Source of the DNA: Lepidodermella squamata
Lineage: Eukaryota > Animalia > Gastrotricha
DNA: 64,000 bases
Assembly (NCBI GenBank): GCA_047495785.1
Contig: JBLDXI010000066.1
Span: forward strand, 372,001 to 436,000
Direction of reading: 5' to 3'
The translations under genes were made by a program, and so were the position numbers. Shown one piece after another: positions 1 through 13,264 of this stretch. The notes beneath the pieces were generated by a model. The model was not told the origin of the DNA. It saw only the letters and a program-made list of their open reading frames with translations, and made no database searches. The stretch's first letter is position 1. Every line of letters starts with the position of its first letter.

Positions 1-177
1 ACACCACTCGGCAAAATTTGCTTTGGTAAATCCGCCGAACAAAACGAGACTGAGTGTAAGAAGAAGTTCCCGAATGCTTACACAATCCAATACAGCGGCT
101 ATTCATGGAAAGATGACTGGTACAACTATTTGAAGCAAGCTAAATTGGGTGAAGGCGGAAGTCCCTTTCGAAAGTAA
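1..177 (+). CDS. 3' end of a GT32 glycosyltransferase paralog (partial at window edge)
   Basis: Frame 1 reads TPLGKICFGKSAEQNETECKKKFPNAYTIQYSGYSWKDDW...GEGG*, closely matching the C-terminus of ORF 2258-3340. Confidence 0.85.
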   Translation, partial: TPLGKICFGKSAEQNETECKKKFPNAYTIQYSGYSWKDDWYNYLKQAKLGEGGSPFRK

Positions 178-312
178 CTGCCAAAGTAAACTTTTCTAGT
201 GATTAGGATATTTTTCTATTAATTTAACAATTTGTCCGCACAATAAAGTTTGCTCGAAATTAAAAATATGAGCTCTTGCTGCTGGGTCGAAAATCCGTTG
301 GTGGGTCGAAAT

Positions 313-1428
313 TAAGGAATCCTTAACGGTGTTGAGGGCAGAAACGAGATTTCGGCCCGCTGAAAATGCCCGAGGGCGTAGCGAAGCGAAGCCCGAGGGT
401 ATTTTCAAGGGCTGAAATCGAGTTTTTGCCCGAAACACAAGTTTAGGATTCCTGTTCCCACATTGTTGGTTATTTTCTGAATAAAAACCCAATTTTCCAC
501 TGGAAATCTGGATAAAATGCCTAAACACTCATACCCACTGTGTCTGACTAAATTAATTTTGTTGAAATTAAAAAATCAACCTTAAAAAATCGATTAACAA
601 ATTCTAATTGTTTCATTCCTTTTTTAAATCAATTTTTGCACTGAATTCTTTGTTGGTTGAAACCACGCACGGCATCGGCGATTTAATCCTCGGAAACGCA
701 GTCGATTCTAACCAAATGGATATGGCTGTTGCAGTCTGAGCGACACCAATCAGCTCGTGAAAACCGCAATGCTCAAGATATCGAGCTGCTATAGCAAAAG
801 CCCGAATTTCCTCTTCGCCGATGTTCAGTGTTCAATCCAGTGTTCAATCCGACGGCGATGACGGCGATGACTTTGAAGGCGTTGCTGAATAACTGCAACA
901 ATACATCGAAGAATTGGCGCTTGAGACAATTGGCACGGTGCAAAATTCCAGGAAACGATACGCCGACTATGCTGTTCAACGACTTTCGGTGGAAAATCTC
1001 TATGCGAAGCGACGGCATTGGCATTGTTGGGCTGTGATCCTGTTAAGCCTGAAGAACCGGTTTGAATCACGCCATTTCACGGTCGACGCCAGTTGTCAAG
1101 TAATTTACTGCACGGTGCATGTCACATCCAGAACTGACTATTGTTTATAAGCTCTCCCACAGTATTATTGTTCAATAAAAATTGTTTTTGTTAAAATGCT
1201 TTATTTTGGTTCAAATTTTTGCTTTGCTAGTCCAATCCCTAAATGGAGTCTGGTTCGCCCAGTAATTCAATGATTTGGATTTTAACCGAAATTAATAATA
1301 AAAGATCCACCTTAAAACGCGTGAGCGGGCGGAATCACCGGGCGGAAACACCGGGCGGAATCACATTTTCCATTGAAGCAAAAAATAACCAACCATGTGG
1401 GAACTAGTTTTGTTTTAATAAATAAGGA
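313..1428. mobile_element. Putative non-autonomous Crypton-like element
   Basis: Large 5' palindrome (315-452) centred on GCCCGAGGGCGTAGCGAAGCGAAGCCCGAGGG; subterminal inverted repeat GTTCCCACATTGTTGGTTATTTT (~454-476) vs AAAATAACCAACCATGTGGGAAC (~1382-1403); TAAGGA direct repeat at both ends. Family assignment is inferred from architecture only. Confidence 0.45.
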
Positions 1429-1558
1429 AAAACGCGGCATTTTTGCTCTAAGAGATGCAAATCATTATTGCAGCATCATTACTCTATTGCAGTCATTGAA
1501 ATTTTCAAAACGTATGGCATCGTGGCAAAGGTCCATAGGAGGGCGGAATTGAAAGAGG

Positions 1559-1753
1559 GTGATGAAGCCATTCACATTTCCGTTTGATTGTTACAGCAAG
1601 TCGAGCAGGCAGAATGAAACTGAGTGTAAAAAGAACTTCCCGAATGCTTATACAATTCAATATAGCGGTTATTCTTGGGAAGATGACTGGAACGGGTTTT
1701 TGGCTCAGGCGAAGATGGGGGAAGGCGGAATACCGAATGACAGCCACAAATGA
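1559..1753 (+). pseudogene. Truncated GT32 glycosyltransferase C-terminal fragment
   Basis: QNETECKKNFPNAYTIQYSGYSWEDDWNGFLAQAKMGEGGIP matches the GT32 C-terminus; no upstream catalytic domain is visible. Confidence 0.75.
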
Positions 1754-2257
1754 ATCTGTGATGTATTTAGGCCTTGTAAAATGAAAAATTATTTGTAGAT
1801 CACATATCACATGCCACATGCTCTAGAAAATAAATTATGTATCTGTGTAGTGAATGTATGTTGCTGTTGGATTGAAATCGCCAAATTAATAACGTCGGGG
1901 CTTCATCATTTTCCCATCAATTGAAATCGTGAGATTACTATAGACCAATAAATTGGGGAATTAGCATATAGTAGGGAATTTTGAGAATCGTTTATTCCAA
2001 TTAAGAAAATGAGCTTATCCCTAAAAACTGGGTCCAAAGGTCGGTAGATTTTCATTCATTTTCATCCGGATTTTTTCTACGTAAATCAATCGAATCGTTG
2101 CAGCAATAAGTAAGCGCTCACACGTGCGCTGATTCTACTTTGGCCAGGCCTGGGGTCGCGTGCGTTACTCAAAAAAATAATAAAATCACATTCATCGATA
2201 AATAGTCATTTTAGTTTTGAGCCCACAAATACATAACCAATATTGTCGAGTGAAGAA

Positions 2258-3340
2258 ATGGTTGCCGATCGCAACTCGAAAATGGCCCTGCTAATTGGTG
2301 CCGTACTTGGGGCTGTAACGGTAACCATCCTACAATCATTAAACATTACACCAGTTCGCTCTTTCATCGACGCCGCAAGTAGCTTCAAGCAAGCTCAGGC
2401 TTCAATCAACAATACGACCATTGCAATTAATCCAGCTCAAGCGAACGTTAGCCTGGACCCTACATTTGACGAGTTGGACAAGGCGATGGATGCAGTTGCT
2501 GCAAAATTTAAAAATCTGAAGATGATCCCGAAGATTCTTCATCAAACCTGGAAGAACAACGTCCCGCCTCCGAAGTACAAAAACTATCGCCAGGCCTGGC
2601 TCGATCTCCACCCCGATTGGACCCATCACCTGTGGACGGATGAAGAGAACCGAGCTTTAGTCGCCAAGTACTACCCGTGGTTTCTCGATACCTACGACGC
2701 TTACCCTGTTGGCGTGATGCGTTCCGATGTGATTCGCTACATCCTGATGCATCGATACGGCGGGATGTATGCCGACCTGGACGTAGAGCCACTTCGGAAA
2801 CTCGATTTTCTGTTCGAAAACGTGACTCAGCCAGTGGTGCTAGGTTACATGGAGTGTAGCACCAGTCGCCACAATATCCCGCCAGCTTGGTTTATGTCTC
2901 GACCTGGCCATCAGCTGTGGCTACTGGCGTTGATGAGGTCACAAGATGCTACGACAAAATACCCGAAAAATATGAGACCAGAGTACATTACTGGACCAGT
3001 TGTGCTCTACAAATCCCTGGAAACTTTCATCGCTCTGAAGCCTGATACCCTGGGAAAACCGATCGCTGGTAAACCGCAGGATTGCTCATCGGTCATTGGC
3101 GATATAAGAATCCTCGAGCCTGGTCTGATCTATCCTTACCACTGGAAAATGGGCGGTAGTCCGATTGGGAAAGTATGTTTCGGCAAGTCGATCGATCAGA
3201 ATGAAGCTGAATGCAAGAAATATTTCCCGAATGCCTACACTATCCAATACAGTGGCTATTCGTGGCAAGACGATTGGACCGGTTTCTTATCGAAGGCAAA
3301 GATGGGCGAAGGTGGCATACCGCCCGACAGTTACAAATGA
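2258..3340 (+). CDS. Glycosyltransferase family 32 (DXD sugar-binding; SUR1/OCH1-like), type II membrane protein, intronless
   Basis: N-terminal TM anchor; IPKILHQTWK, RSDVIRYILMHRYGGMYADLDVE (DXD) and ITGP motifs; ATG at 2258. Confidence 0.9.
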   Translation: MVADRNSKMALLIGAVLGAVTVTILQSLNITPVRSFIDAASSFKQAQASINNTTIAINPAQANVSLDPTFDELDKAMDAVAAKFKNLKMIPKILHQTWKNNVPPPKYKNYRQAWLDLHPDWTHHLWTDEENRALVAKYYPWFLDTYDAYPVGVMRSDVIRYILMHRYGGMYADLDVEPLRKLDFLFENVTQPVVLGYMECSTSRHNIPPAWFMSRPGHQLWLLALMRSQDATTKYPKNMRPEYITGPVVLYKSLETFIALKPDTLGKPIAGKPQDCSSVIGDIRILEPGLIYPYHWKMGGSPIGKVCFGKSIDQNEAECKKYFPNAYTIQYSGYSWQDDWTGFLSKAKMGEGGIPPDSYK

Positions 3341-3457
3341 ACCCTTGATTTAGGCTGTGAGATCAAGATATGTTCATATGCAGCTTATAAATTATGAAAT
3401 AAAATTATGAATGTCGATTTTTATTGTTTGTTTTGTAAAAATCAACGCCTTCGGATG

Positions 3458-6240
3458 TTACACAGGTTGCAAAGTGGTAGCTGCTGGGTCAATTTCAGGC
3501 TCTTCTTCGCCCCTTGCGAGCCTTAGAAGCGACCTCAGCCAAGCTGGGAATTTCTTGATTTCTTCATGGAACTTTTCCGATGAAGAATCCGGTGAGGCTT
3601 GACAGTTTCCAGCGCTACTGGGCATAGGCATGGTGACATCGCCGTATATTATTTTCGCCGCCGTGGGACCAGTGGTGTTTCCTTAACGGGGGAAAACATT
3701 ATTTAAATTATTTAAATTTAATTTCGGATTTTTTTACCGCAAAATGGGAGTTGTGTGTTGCCGGCTACGTCATAGCCACTCTTTGTTATCCTGCAATTGC
3801 CCTCACTAGTCGACACTGTACCATTTTCTGAAGGGCACATGGCTTGGACTGTTAGTCTGAACCCATTACCCCGGCCGTCCCAAGCATGGCCGTAGTTGGG
3901 AAAGCTCTGGAACCTAACCATAGCCAGCCCACCTTCGATTCTTATTTTCCGATTTGAAGTTTTAGTACACGCGCAGAAACTGTTAAAAATAATTTAATTT
4001 AAATATGAATATTTCGAGAACTTTTTAATTACAATTTTCCAGGCTTATCGAGTCGCTTGAAGTTGGGCCGAATTTCCAGCCAATCTACACACATTCCAGC
4101 TGCGTAGTTGTAGTAACACTGAATTCCTGGTTTCTCTTCAAATGCAAACTCCAGATTGCAAGCGTCACTCTATATAGGGTTATAATTTAAGGAAATTTCA
4201 AGAAAATTGTAAGGGGTAATTACCTTGATGACCCAGGTACATGCCGCATTGTAAGGAAACTTGCCAGGGTAAGTTGGCAGGGTTAAGGTCGTGGATTCGC
4301 AAGGGTTAAGCTCGATCAGCCCTCCGCACGGTTGATAGACAAACCCAGATTGAGTTTCAATTTTAGCGCAATAGGTCCCACCAGTTCCAGGAGGACATCG
4401 ACATTTCGAACATGATAAAGGATCCTGGAATTTTTCAAAATTAAACAAAAATTTATTTATTTTTGAATTTGGAATATTTTAATTTTATCAAAAATTTATA
4501 CCTGATAGCCTCCATTCAAGCAGCGTTGCTTCAGCTTATTTTTGCATCTCAGCTCTAGAAAAAATTCTAAAAATTCCCAAAAATTTCTGAAAAATCAAAA
4601 AATCTCACGTGAGCATTTGTAGAATAAATTGACTCGTTTAAGGTCGTTGAAGCTAGGTAGTTGGTAAGTTCCCATGATATTATCCTGATCTGAATCCCAA
4701 GCTTTGAGAACCACAAGAAATTTAGGATCTTTCGAGTAGGCCGTAGCTCTGTAATGCATTAACGAGGTCACATCATAGGGTGTTCCCTCGACTATGCCCC
4801 ACATAGGATTTAGTTCATAGGCCATTCGATCGATTACATTCTCGCCGATAACATCCAACCTAAAAAAAATGAAAAAATTAAGAAAAATTTTAAAAAATTC
4901 TGGATTTTACTCTCTGTCCGGCCGTTGATGCTCGTGCATCCTATGAACAAAATAAAAGAGGATAATTTTTCAAAAAAATATCAGGATCACTAACAGTCCT
5001 AGAGAGTGACCAAACTCGTGAGCTATTACGGCATAGTGACGCTCGGCGATAGTATTATTCCCGAAATGGAGCCTTTGATTTCCCGTCGCTTTGTCCTGCC
5101 AGTGAGCGATTCCGCCAATCAACTCGCTAAAATTATAAAAAATTATAAAAAATTTAAAATTTAATTTTTTCAAGTTTTTCAATTTTAAGTTGGATTTTTT
5201 GAAATTCAAAAAACTTAAAATATAAAAATTAATGAATTAAAAAATTCACTCACTCGTCAGTTCGAGCAATCAGGATTGTATTTCGAAGCTTATTGCTGAA
5301 CGGTACTTCCTTGTACCGAATACACGTTTGACTCGTCCACATTTCCATGCCCATACGAATCGCCTGTTTATCCGCTTCACCTAAGGTATATGGAAATGTT
5401 TCGGAAAAAAGCTAAAAAAATTGAAAAATTTCTTACTAAAGGACTTGTCCGAAAATGAGTACAAAATCGGCTCACTCGCGTCCCACTCTGGTAATAGCTC
5501 ATTTCTCTCCTGAATATAGTTCAGCTGCTGGGCGTAGATATCATCGCCGGATGTCTCGAAAGTCGCGTTTTTTATACGGCGAGGGGAAAATTTCACCTGG
5601 TTCACTCTTGAGCCTTTCGCACTCGGCACCGTGCGAGGCGACGCTGGCAGGTCATATAGCGGCTCGGGTGGTAACCCTATCAGGAGATTAGTTGGTCTCA
5701 TCCGGGCGACGTAAGGATTCCGGCATGGTAACGGCTGAATTGGGACGAATTGGCCGTTCCAGGGTGCCCAAGCCGTGGCTAATAACCGGCAATCGGGTAA
5801 ATACCGGTTAATTTCTGTAGATTCGATTGAGCGAGCGGCATCTGATGTAATAAAAAATTTAATTAATTTCTTAAACAATTTTACAGTTTTTTGATGTTTA
5901 AAATTTAAAATGAATGGAATATTTCGAATTTAAATTTGAAAATTAAATTTTGAAAATTTGAGATTTGAATTTTTTTGCAATTTTTTTAAAATTAAAGTGA
6001 AATTTTACATGATGTCTTGTTGAGTAATAGAAGGCATGGAACAACGATGACGAGGGCTATTAGGCATAGGATAATCAAAGTTATTGCAGCAAAAAACAGC
6101 GGGTGATTGCAATGTTGACGGCAGGACTCTCTCGAGCACTCGCCTGCCTCGCGATAGGCAACTTTTTCATGGTTTGAAATTACGACGGATGTATGATCAT
6201 CCAACGGCTTTACAACAGCTGCTCGTTTCAAAGCAGCCAT
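3458..6240 (-). CDS. Astacin (M12A) metalloprotease with EGF-like and CUB domains, multi-exon
   Basis: HEFGHSLGL..HEHQRPDR zinc motif across exons, SLMHY Met-turn, CRCPPGTGGTYC EGF-like segment, CGG...YPGKFPYNAACTWVIK CUB segment; N-terminal hydrophobic anchor; GT-AG introns. Confidence 0.88.
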
Positions 6241-6607
6241 TGATATAAATAAATTTTCCTCGAAAAATATTTAGAAAAAATGGAATTGAAATTACTTATG
6301 GAGTAATAAAAAAATTAAAATGTACTTGTCTTTAGGTAATTTGAGCGCTTTGAGACGTGATGCATTGAGCTGTGATAAAAGCTTGCTATTCATGTCTCAC
6401 TTAGCAACCTCGCACTTGAAAAACCCAGAAAAAAACCGATAGAAGGTAATTCTCGCTCTAGGCAAACATGAAGCGGTAAAAATAAAAAGCCAAGAATAAT
6501 CTGAAAAATTGCTTCATTTTATTGAAAGGTGTCTAATAAATGAGCTATGAAAAAGGTAGAAAATTGGAAAATAGCTAAAAATATCATCTATAGATGAGCG
6601 ATTAGTT

Positions 6608-9085
6608 TCATCGAGCAGTCACGTTTCGTCGTTGTTGTTGTTGTTGTTGTGATGGCGTTGTAGTAGTGGCGGGTGGCTTCTTTTCGGCTGGTTTCTTACG
6701 CGGCCATAACGAGTACAAGATGATAGCATTTATCTCGCCAATGAGCTTAAATAAAAACAAAATTAAATTAACACGCTAAAAATACTGAAATATGCCTAAA
6801 GGGAAATTATTCATTACATATTGAATTGAGGTTGAAAAGAATCAAGAATTCCTAGAAATGTTGCTGATTAATCAAACATTTTAGGAAAATTATGACCGCT
6901 AAATCCGTATTGAGCTAAATCCGTTAATTAGAGAAAATATTTGAAAACAATCTCCTGCTCAAGTTTAGCGCGCAAGCGACTCTCATCTTTTTTCTTGCTT
7001 GAATCCCATATTCAATCGATGGATAATTTTCTGAATTTCTGAAGGCACAAAAACAGCGAATATTAAAAAATTAGAAAATTGCTGCTACTTTCGGGGACTT
7101 ATAGGATTCCGATCACCCTAATTAAGATCTATTGAGCAGTTTTGGACCTCAAAGAAAAATCAATCTAAAAGAGGAAATTGAACAAAAACATGCAATTTTG
7201 TCCTATCCTTATACTGAATTTGTATATTTTTTGGCAATTTTGGCTGTAAACAAACAGAGCCCAAGGCTGGCTTTTTATCCACCTTATATCTGTTAGGGTG
7301 ACTAAAACCCCAGAAAGTCTAAAAGGCACGCAGGGAAATCCTATAATTTCGGGCAAAACGGATAAAAAAAGCTTGGACCTGCTTCAATGGACTGTTACCA
7401 TACCGCTCTCGAGAAATCAATTTTGCAATTTTGAAGTTTTGTCAACTGTGATCAAACAGAATGCATTCCTAGGTAGATCTATCATGGCAGCGAACATTTT
7501 CTTTGAGAACGGCTTAGCTATCGACGTTCTCGAGATAACCGCTTAGGCGTGACGTTAGGTAAGGTCACGTGACCAGCTTAATTTTAAACGCTGAATAATA
7601 AAATTATGTGGCAATTTCCTTGCAATTTCAGTCCAATTTTTTCTCGATCGGAAAATGTCAAAAAAAAACAGAAATCAATAGGAAAAAAAATAAAAAGATT
7701 TTCCTTAACAAATTATGAGCTTCAATTCATTCGATTTTTCACGATGTTGGGTTGAAAGACATAATCTGGTATTTTAATTGCAAACCATAAGGAGAGTGAC
7801 AATTCCAATAGCTATGCCGAGCCAAAACATGGCCGTTGTGTCGATGTAGTTTTTAATCACGTACCAACATCCGAATGATTGCTGTATTATGAATAATATA
7901 AACAAATTTATTCCACAATTTTGGCGAAAAAATAAAGCCAACTTGGTAATCCTCAACAGCATATTTGCAGACATTGGAATAGCCGAGTTCTCTATCAGTT
8001 GCGGCATTCCAGCCCTGGATGCCGCAGCATTCGCCGTGGTACTGAACGGCGTCGATGACGATTTTCGACGAGCTGCAAGCGCCGTTTTCGAAGAAGCCAT
8101 AGCGGCCAACGCCGAGCATGTAGTCGAACGAGTTGTAAATCCAACTCATAAAATAGTCGTACAGCTGCTGCATGTAGTAGACGAGGAGGTAGAAAATGGG
8201 CAGAGCAACCATGATGATTGTTTGAAAAACAGAGTACTAGAAAAAATAAATCATTAAAAAATCATAAAAATCAAAAATTAATTACAAAATGAAGAATAAT
8301 TTTTTTAAATTTCAATTCAAAATTCTAGATTTAAAAAATATATTGAGCAAATTGAAATTAAAGTTTGATTTGATTTTTTCAAATTTCCAAGTATTTTTTT
8401 CATTTTTTTTTATTTTTCGAAAAATGACTCACGACAACGAGAAAAGCTCGGTTGCAGCATCGAGCTAGCGAAACGAGGCCCCAGAATGCTAAAATCGCCA
8501 GATAGCCGCCGAAGCAAACCGTGCAGAGAAGAAGAATTGCTGAGAGTGAAATTTGCCACCACTGTATCACGAGGTCATTAACGCCTAGTCCATTTCCAAC
8601 GCACATCCTTGTGTTGCCACGCTCTGAAATATCAGCGTACATAGCTTCGAGAATTGGGCCGTAGGAGCCTAACATATAGGATGGGTAGACTATCGCGAGG
8701 ATGGAGGTAATAACCATGAATAGGCCAATCATCTATTTAAAAAAAACATTATTCAAATTATTAAAAAAATTGAAACATTTTTGAAAAATTGAAATTTCAT
8801 TATATTTTATTTTAAGGCGAAAAATAGTTTAATATTTGAAATTAATAATCGCTATAGAAGGCCGAATATTTCAATAAAAATTATGCAATTTATTAAAAAA
8901 TGGAAAAATTATCAAAAATTGAAATTTCTTCAAATTTAATTAAGTTGCCTGAATTATTTTATATGTTGCAATCTTTCAATTTTTTTGAATTTTTCAACCA
9001 AGCTTACCAGTTGTAAGGCATTAGCGAAGCAGAAAAAGACGATGCTAGCGATTAGGCAAGCATCCCATCCGGTTTTCCGTTGCAT
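6608..9085 (-). CDS. Tetraspanin, multi-exon
   Basis: Four hydrophobic segments, CCG motif (GECCGIQG) in the large extracellular loop, later GC; ATG at 9085 with GTAAG donor; last exon ends ...RRNVTAR*. Confidence 0.8.
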
Positions 9086-9542
9086 TGTCTCGTTTTAGAC
9101 GCGAAAAATTATGAATAAAATGTGAGTAAATTGCCAGTAGTACCCTCGGTGCAAACGATTGTTTATACTCAGGTAAGAACGTGTACCTTTATTACTATCA
9201 ACTTTTGCATACTCACCGCAAGTATTTTTCTCTCATTGTTTTCATGATATATATTATTTCAATTTGTTTTCTTTATTTTTTTTCACCTCATACACCTAAA
9301 AACGTGTTTTACTACGTGCACGTATAGCTAGTAGATACAAAAAACAACTGGCAGTAAAAAATCGTTAATTAATTGACTGATTGGTAAAAGATGTGATAAA
9401 TTGATCGAACGAGGTTTCTAGACGTCATTTAATATTCCGCTGTGTGGTGGTATGTAGCGACAACAAACCTTAGACACAGTTGGGTAGTGATCGATCGAAA
9501 CGCAACACGCTGCAGTATTCAGTTTAGATTCAGAGAAAAAAG

Positions 9543-12020
9543 ATGGCTTACTACGGCCAACCACCGCCTCAACAAATGTACCCGCAGGGTGGCTACCCGG
9601 GCGGGCAGCCTATGATGCAACAACCGCCTATGATGCAACAACAACCCCGACCACAGGGGTACTATCCTCCCCAGCAAATGCCGCCAGGGCACTACCCACC
9701 CCAGCAGCAAGCTCCGCCCCCTCAAAGGGAGCCACTCCCAAGTGGGTTATGGCCGCAGGATGTCCCGCCAGCTCAACCCGGTCCGCCTAAACCCGTTCAA
9801 CGGGAGCCACTCCCTGCGGACATGTGGCCTGCTGATATCCCAGAGAGACAGCCGCCGAAATCTGCAAGGCGCGAGAGACCGCCGGAAAATGTATGGCAGC
9901 AGGGCCCGCCTCCTCCCCAAATGCAACAAATGCCACCCCAACCACCGCCCCAGCAGCAAATGATGATGCATCAGGAGAATCTGCCGATTCCTGAACGGTC
10001 AAAAACCGCGAAGATCAACTCGATCCTGTACAGGCAGGAGCATACGAAATCGGGCCGGGTGAAGGTCAAAACTGTGAAAGCTGAAGAGTTGAAGGATCGC
10101 TACGACATTTTCGAAGATGAGGAGATTTGTAAAAAGTTCAACAAGCTACCGGCTGAGTTCAAGGAGAAGTTCCTGCGCAATCTGGACGTTTTCATCGAAG
10201 AAGAAAGCGAGGATATGATCGAGTTTATCGAGCAGAGCCGCAATGAAATCGCTGATATGTGCGGGCGAACCTATGACGAATCTGAAGAAGAGGTCGATGA
10301 AGAGAAAGCTAAAATGGGTAAGCTCATGACTTCCCAAGAATAGTCTATTCTTAAGTTTCCCTTCTCCTAGAGCGCAGAAGGAGACGAAAGGATGACAAAG
10401 CAGTTCAAGAGTATTTGGCAGAGCGTGAGCGGCGTTTGCAAGAGCAAAAGGAGGTCAGCACAACTTACCACGCTGGAGCCGACGATGAGAAGAAAGCTAT
10501 CGAAGAGGTTTGCCATATTCTAAATATTTGATTTTAGGATTCCACCAATTTTTGAGATCGGCTGTCTGAAGAAGCAGACTTGAACAATTAGTTTCACAGG
10601 GTTCTAATTCAGGGATGGAACTTCAATTTTAGTGTTCGGACCCAATTTGAAGCTCTGAGACTCACTCTGAACCTTTTTAGTTTGGAATCCTAAGATTCAG
10701 ATCCAGCTCTTCCCTATTACTAAGTTTCTATCTCTCTTTTAGTATCTCGCCCAAAAGCGGAAAGAAGAGCTTCGAATTATGCGTGAGAAGGAGAAGGAGC
10801 GTCTCGCCGCTGAACGAGCGATGGAGGCATTTGCAGAGAGCCAGCAAACTATCAATGACATCATGGACCCAGCTGAGCGACTCGATGCTGAACGAGAGCG
10901 CCAACTTGCTGAAATCGCGAAGAAGAAGGCGCGGAAAAAGGAGAAGAAATCTGAGGTTCGCGATAAGGCCAATGAAATGTTGGACGAGCTCATGTTCACG
11001 CAGTCCAAAGTCGAGAGAGCGTAAGTCTTATTCCTAGAATTTTCAAGTTTTAGGCCTATGTACTCATTTTAGACAATCTGCGACTCGAGAACGGCAAGAA
11101 CAGTTGATTCAGGAGCAACTGAGGAAGAAACGAGAGGCCTCAGGCGTGGCACATGACCCGAATAAGCCAAGGGAGTTTTCGGAATTCGACAAACCTCCAG
11201 ATGCAGTTCAGGGCGATCCGAAAGCTCCGCCTGAAGAGCCGAAAAAGGAGAAGGTAAAGAAGAAGGCGAAACCTTCATCCGAACAGCCTCCACCTGAGGC
11301 TGCCCCTCCGCCCCCACCTCCACCTGCCGAAGCTGCTCCGCCACCTGAGGAAGGTGAGAAAAAGAAAAAGAAGAAAAAGGACGAGGAGCCTCCACCACCT
11401 CCCCCTCCTGCTGAAGCTCCGCCCCCTGCTGAGGATGGCGAGAAGAAGAAGAAGAAAAAGAAGAAGGACGACCAGCCGGAAGATCCAACGCCAGCCCCTC
11501 CCCCAGAAACTCCAGCTGGGGAACCCGGCGAAAAGAAGAAAAAGAAGAAAAAAGACGCTGAACCTGAAGCTCCACCGCCGCCACCACCGCCAGTCGAACC
11601 GCCACCTGAGGATGGCGAGAAAAAGAAGAAAAAGAAGAAGAAAGACGCGGAGCCTGAGCCACCCCCGCCCGAAGAACCACCTGCTGATGAGGGCGAGAAA
11701 AAGAAGAAGAAAAAGAAGAAAGATACTGAACCAGCCGAGGAAGCTCCCCCTCCACCGCCCGAAACACCAGCTGAAGATGGGGAAAAGAAGAAGAAAAAGA
11801 AGAAGAAGAAAGGTTAGTCGTTATTCGGAATTTCATCATTCTGAAAATGTTTGCTGTTATTTTACAGAAGACGAACCAGCCGAAGCGCCTCCACCTCCCG
11901 CCGAAGAACCCCCAGCTGAAGAGAAGAAGAAGAAAAAGAAGAAAAAAGGCAAGTTGAATGAATTTTCTGTTCCTCCAACCTTCTATGGAACTATTTTCTT
12001 TCTCAGATGGAGCTGAGTAA
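9543..12020 (+). CDS. Pro/Gln-rich, coiled-coil, Pro/Lys-repeat protein of unknown function, multi-exon
   Basis: ORFs 9543, 10779 and 11104 can be joined by GT-AG introns; repeats of PPPP..EDGEKKKKKKKK; the last intron appears to be GC-AG (GCAAGT at 11949). Confidence 0.75.
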
Positions 12021-13264
12021 CATGCGTGGTGCTGGACTGTGAAGCAAGACAATTCAAATTACTGACAATCCTCACCTTCAATTCTCATCTTTGATCTCTG
12101 TCTGCTACCTATCTAAACAAATCTTAATAATAAAATCATTCCGAGTGTTTGAATGCACAGTTTTCCATTTATTATTTCGCTCGCACTGTTTTCCTAGTAG
12201 CATATCAAAATGGCGAGCAGAAGAAACGGTATGAATTTCGTAATTTACGCAACCGATAAGGGCGACACAAGCAGCTGAGCAATTCAACCGTTGCTTCATC
12301 CTCGAATTTTTAATAGAAAAGATCCCTCTTTACCCATCAATTCATTAAAGCCATCAACATTTCAAATGAGCTTGACGAATGCTATGAAAAACCCATTAAC
12401 TTTATTGGGGAGCTTATAGGGAATCAGAATCATTAGCAACGTAGCAACATACGCTCGTAGATCTTAGTTCAACCAGTATCTTCATAACACGAAACCTAAA
12501 ACAACATTTGAGGTTTTTCAGGCTTACGTCTTCAATCTTCAGCCTCAACCTCGCATTTTCAGTACTTGGGATAAGAAAGTCAGAACATCGCAAAAAGCTG
12601 AGCGTACTACGCCGAAAGCAGAGCGGGGATAATTGCACGGAAACCCGGTTTCGGCATGTTTATTTGCTGAAAGATGTCTTTATAGAAGCAAGTGGGATGA
12701 ACGCCTCCCAGTAAAGAGCCTTGTTTCTCACTATATACAGGATATATCGCATAGTTAATGCTAGCTTTTCTAGCTAGCCGTTTTTACATAGCCATATTTC
12801 TATCGGATTCGAGAATTTCAAAATATAAATAATTTTAAAGGAATGATTCTGACCAAGGTTTGGCAGCTTTCAAGTCGTAGGTTGTAGTCCATCCAATAGT
12901 GGTGTCCGCATTTCAAAGACTTCAGCTATTCTGTCCTCGGTGACAAACTAGCCTTTCGGCTGATATGTAAATCTGTCTTGGCCCAGGTCAAAGTTTATTT
13001 ACCATATAATATAGTTGTAGTAGCATGAATTGGCACGTAAATCATCATAGAAAAAAGCTATGCGTCATTGGCGCCATGAGCAGCTGAGTACTTGAAGCTA
13101 CTAAACATATTGTTTTCTCACTCTTCTTTCTTGAAAAAACCTATTACCAAAGGCTTATCCTCTCAGCCACGACTAACAGGCGCAAGCTATAAAACCGCTC
13201 TTTCACTATCTATTTTAAAGCTTAACTAGTGATCATCTCAAGTGAATTTCTTCGAAGAATAGAA

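Noticed and set aside
773-1150. Overlapping short ORFs inside the Crypton-like element
   Set aside because: No recognisable recombinase or transposase motifs.
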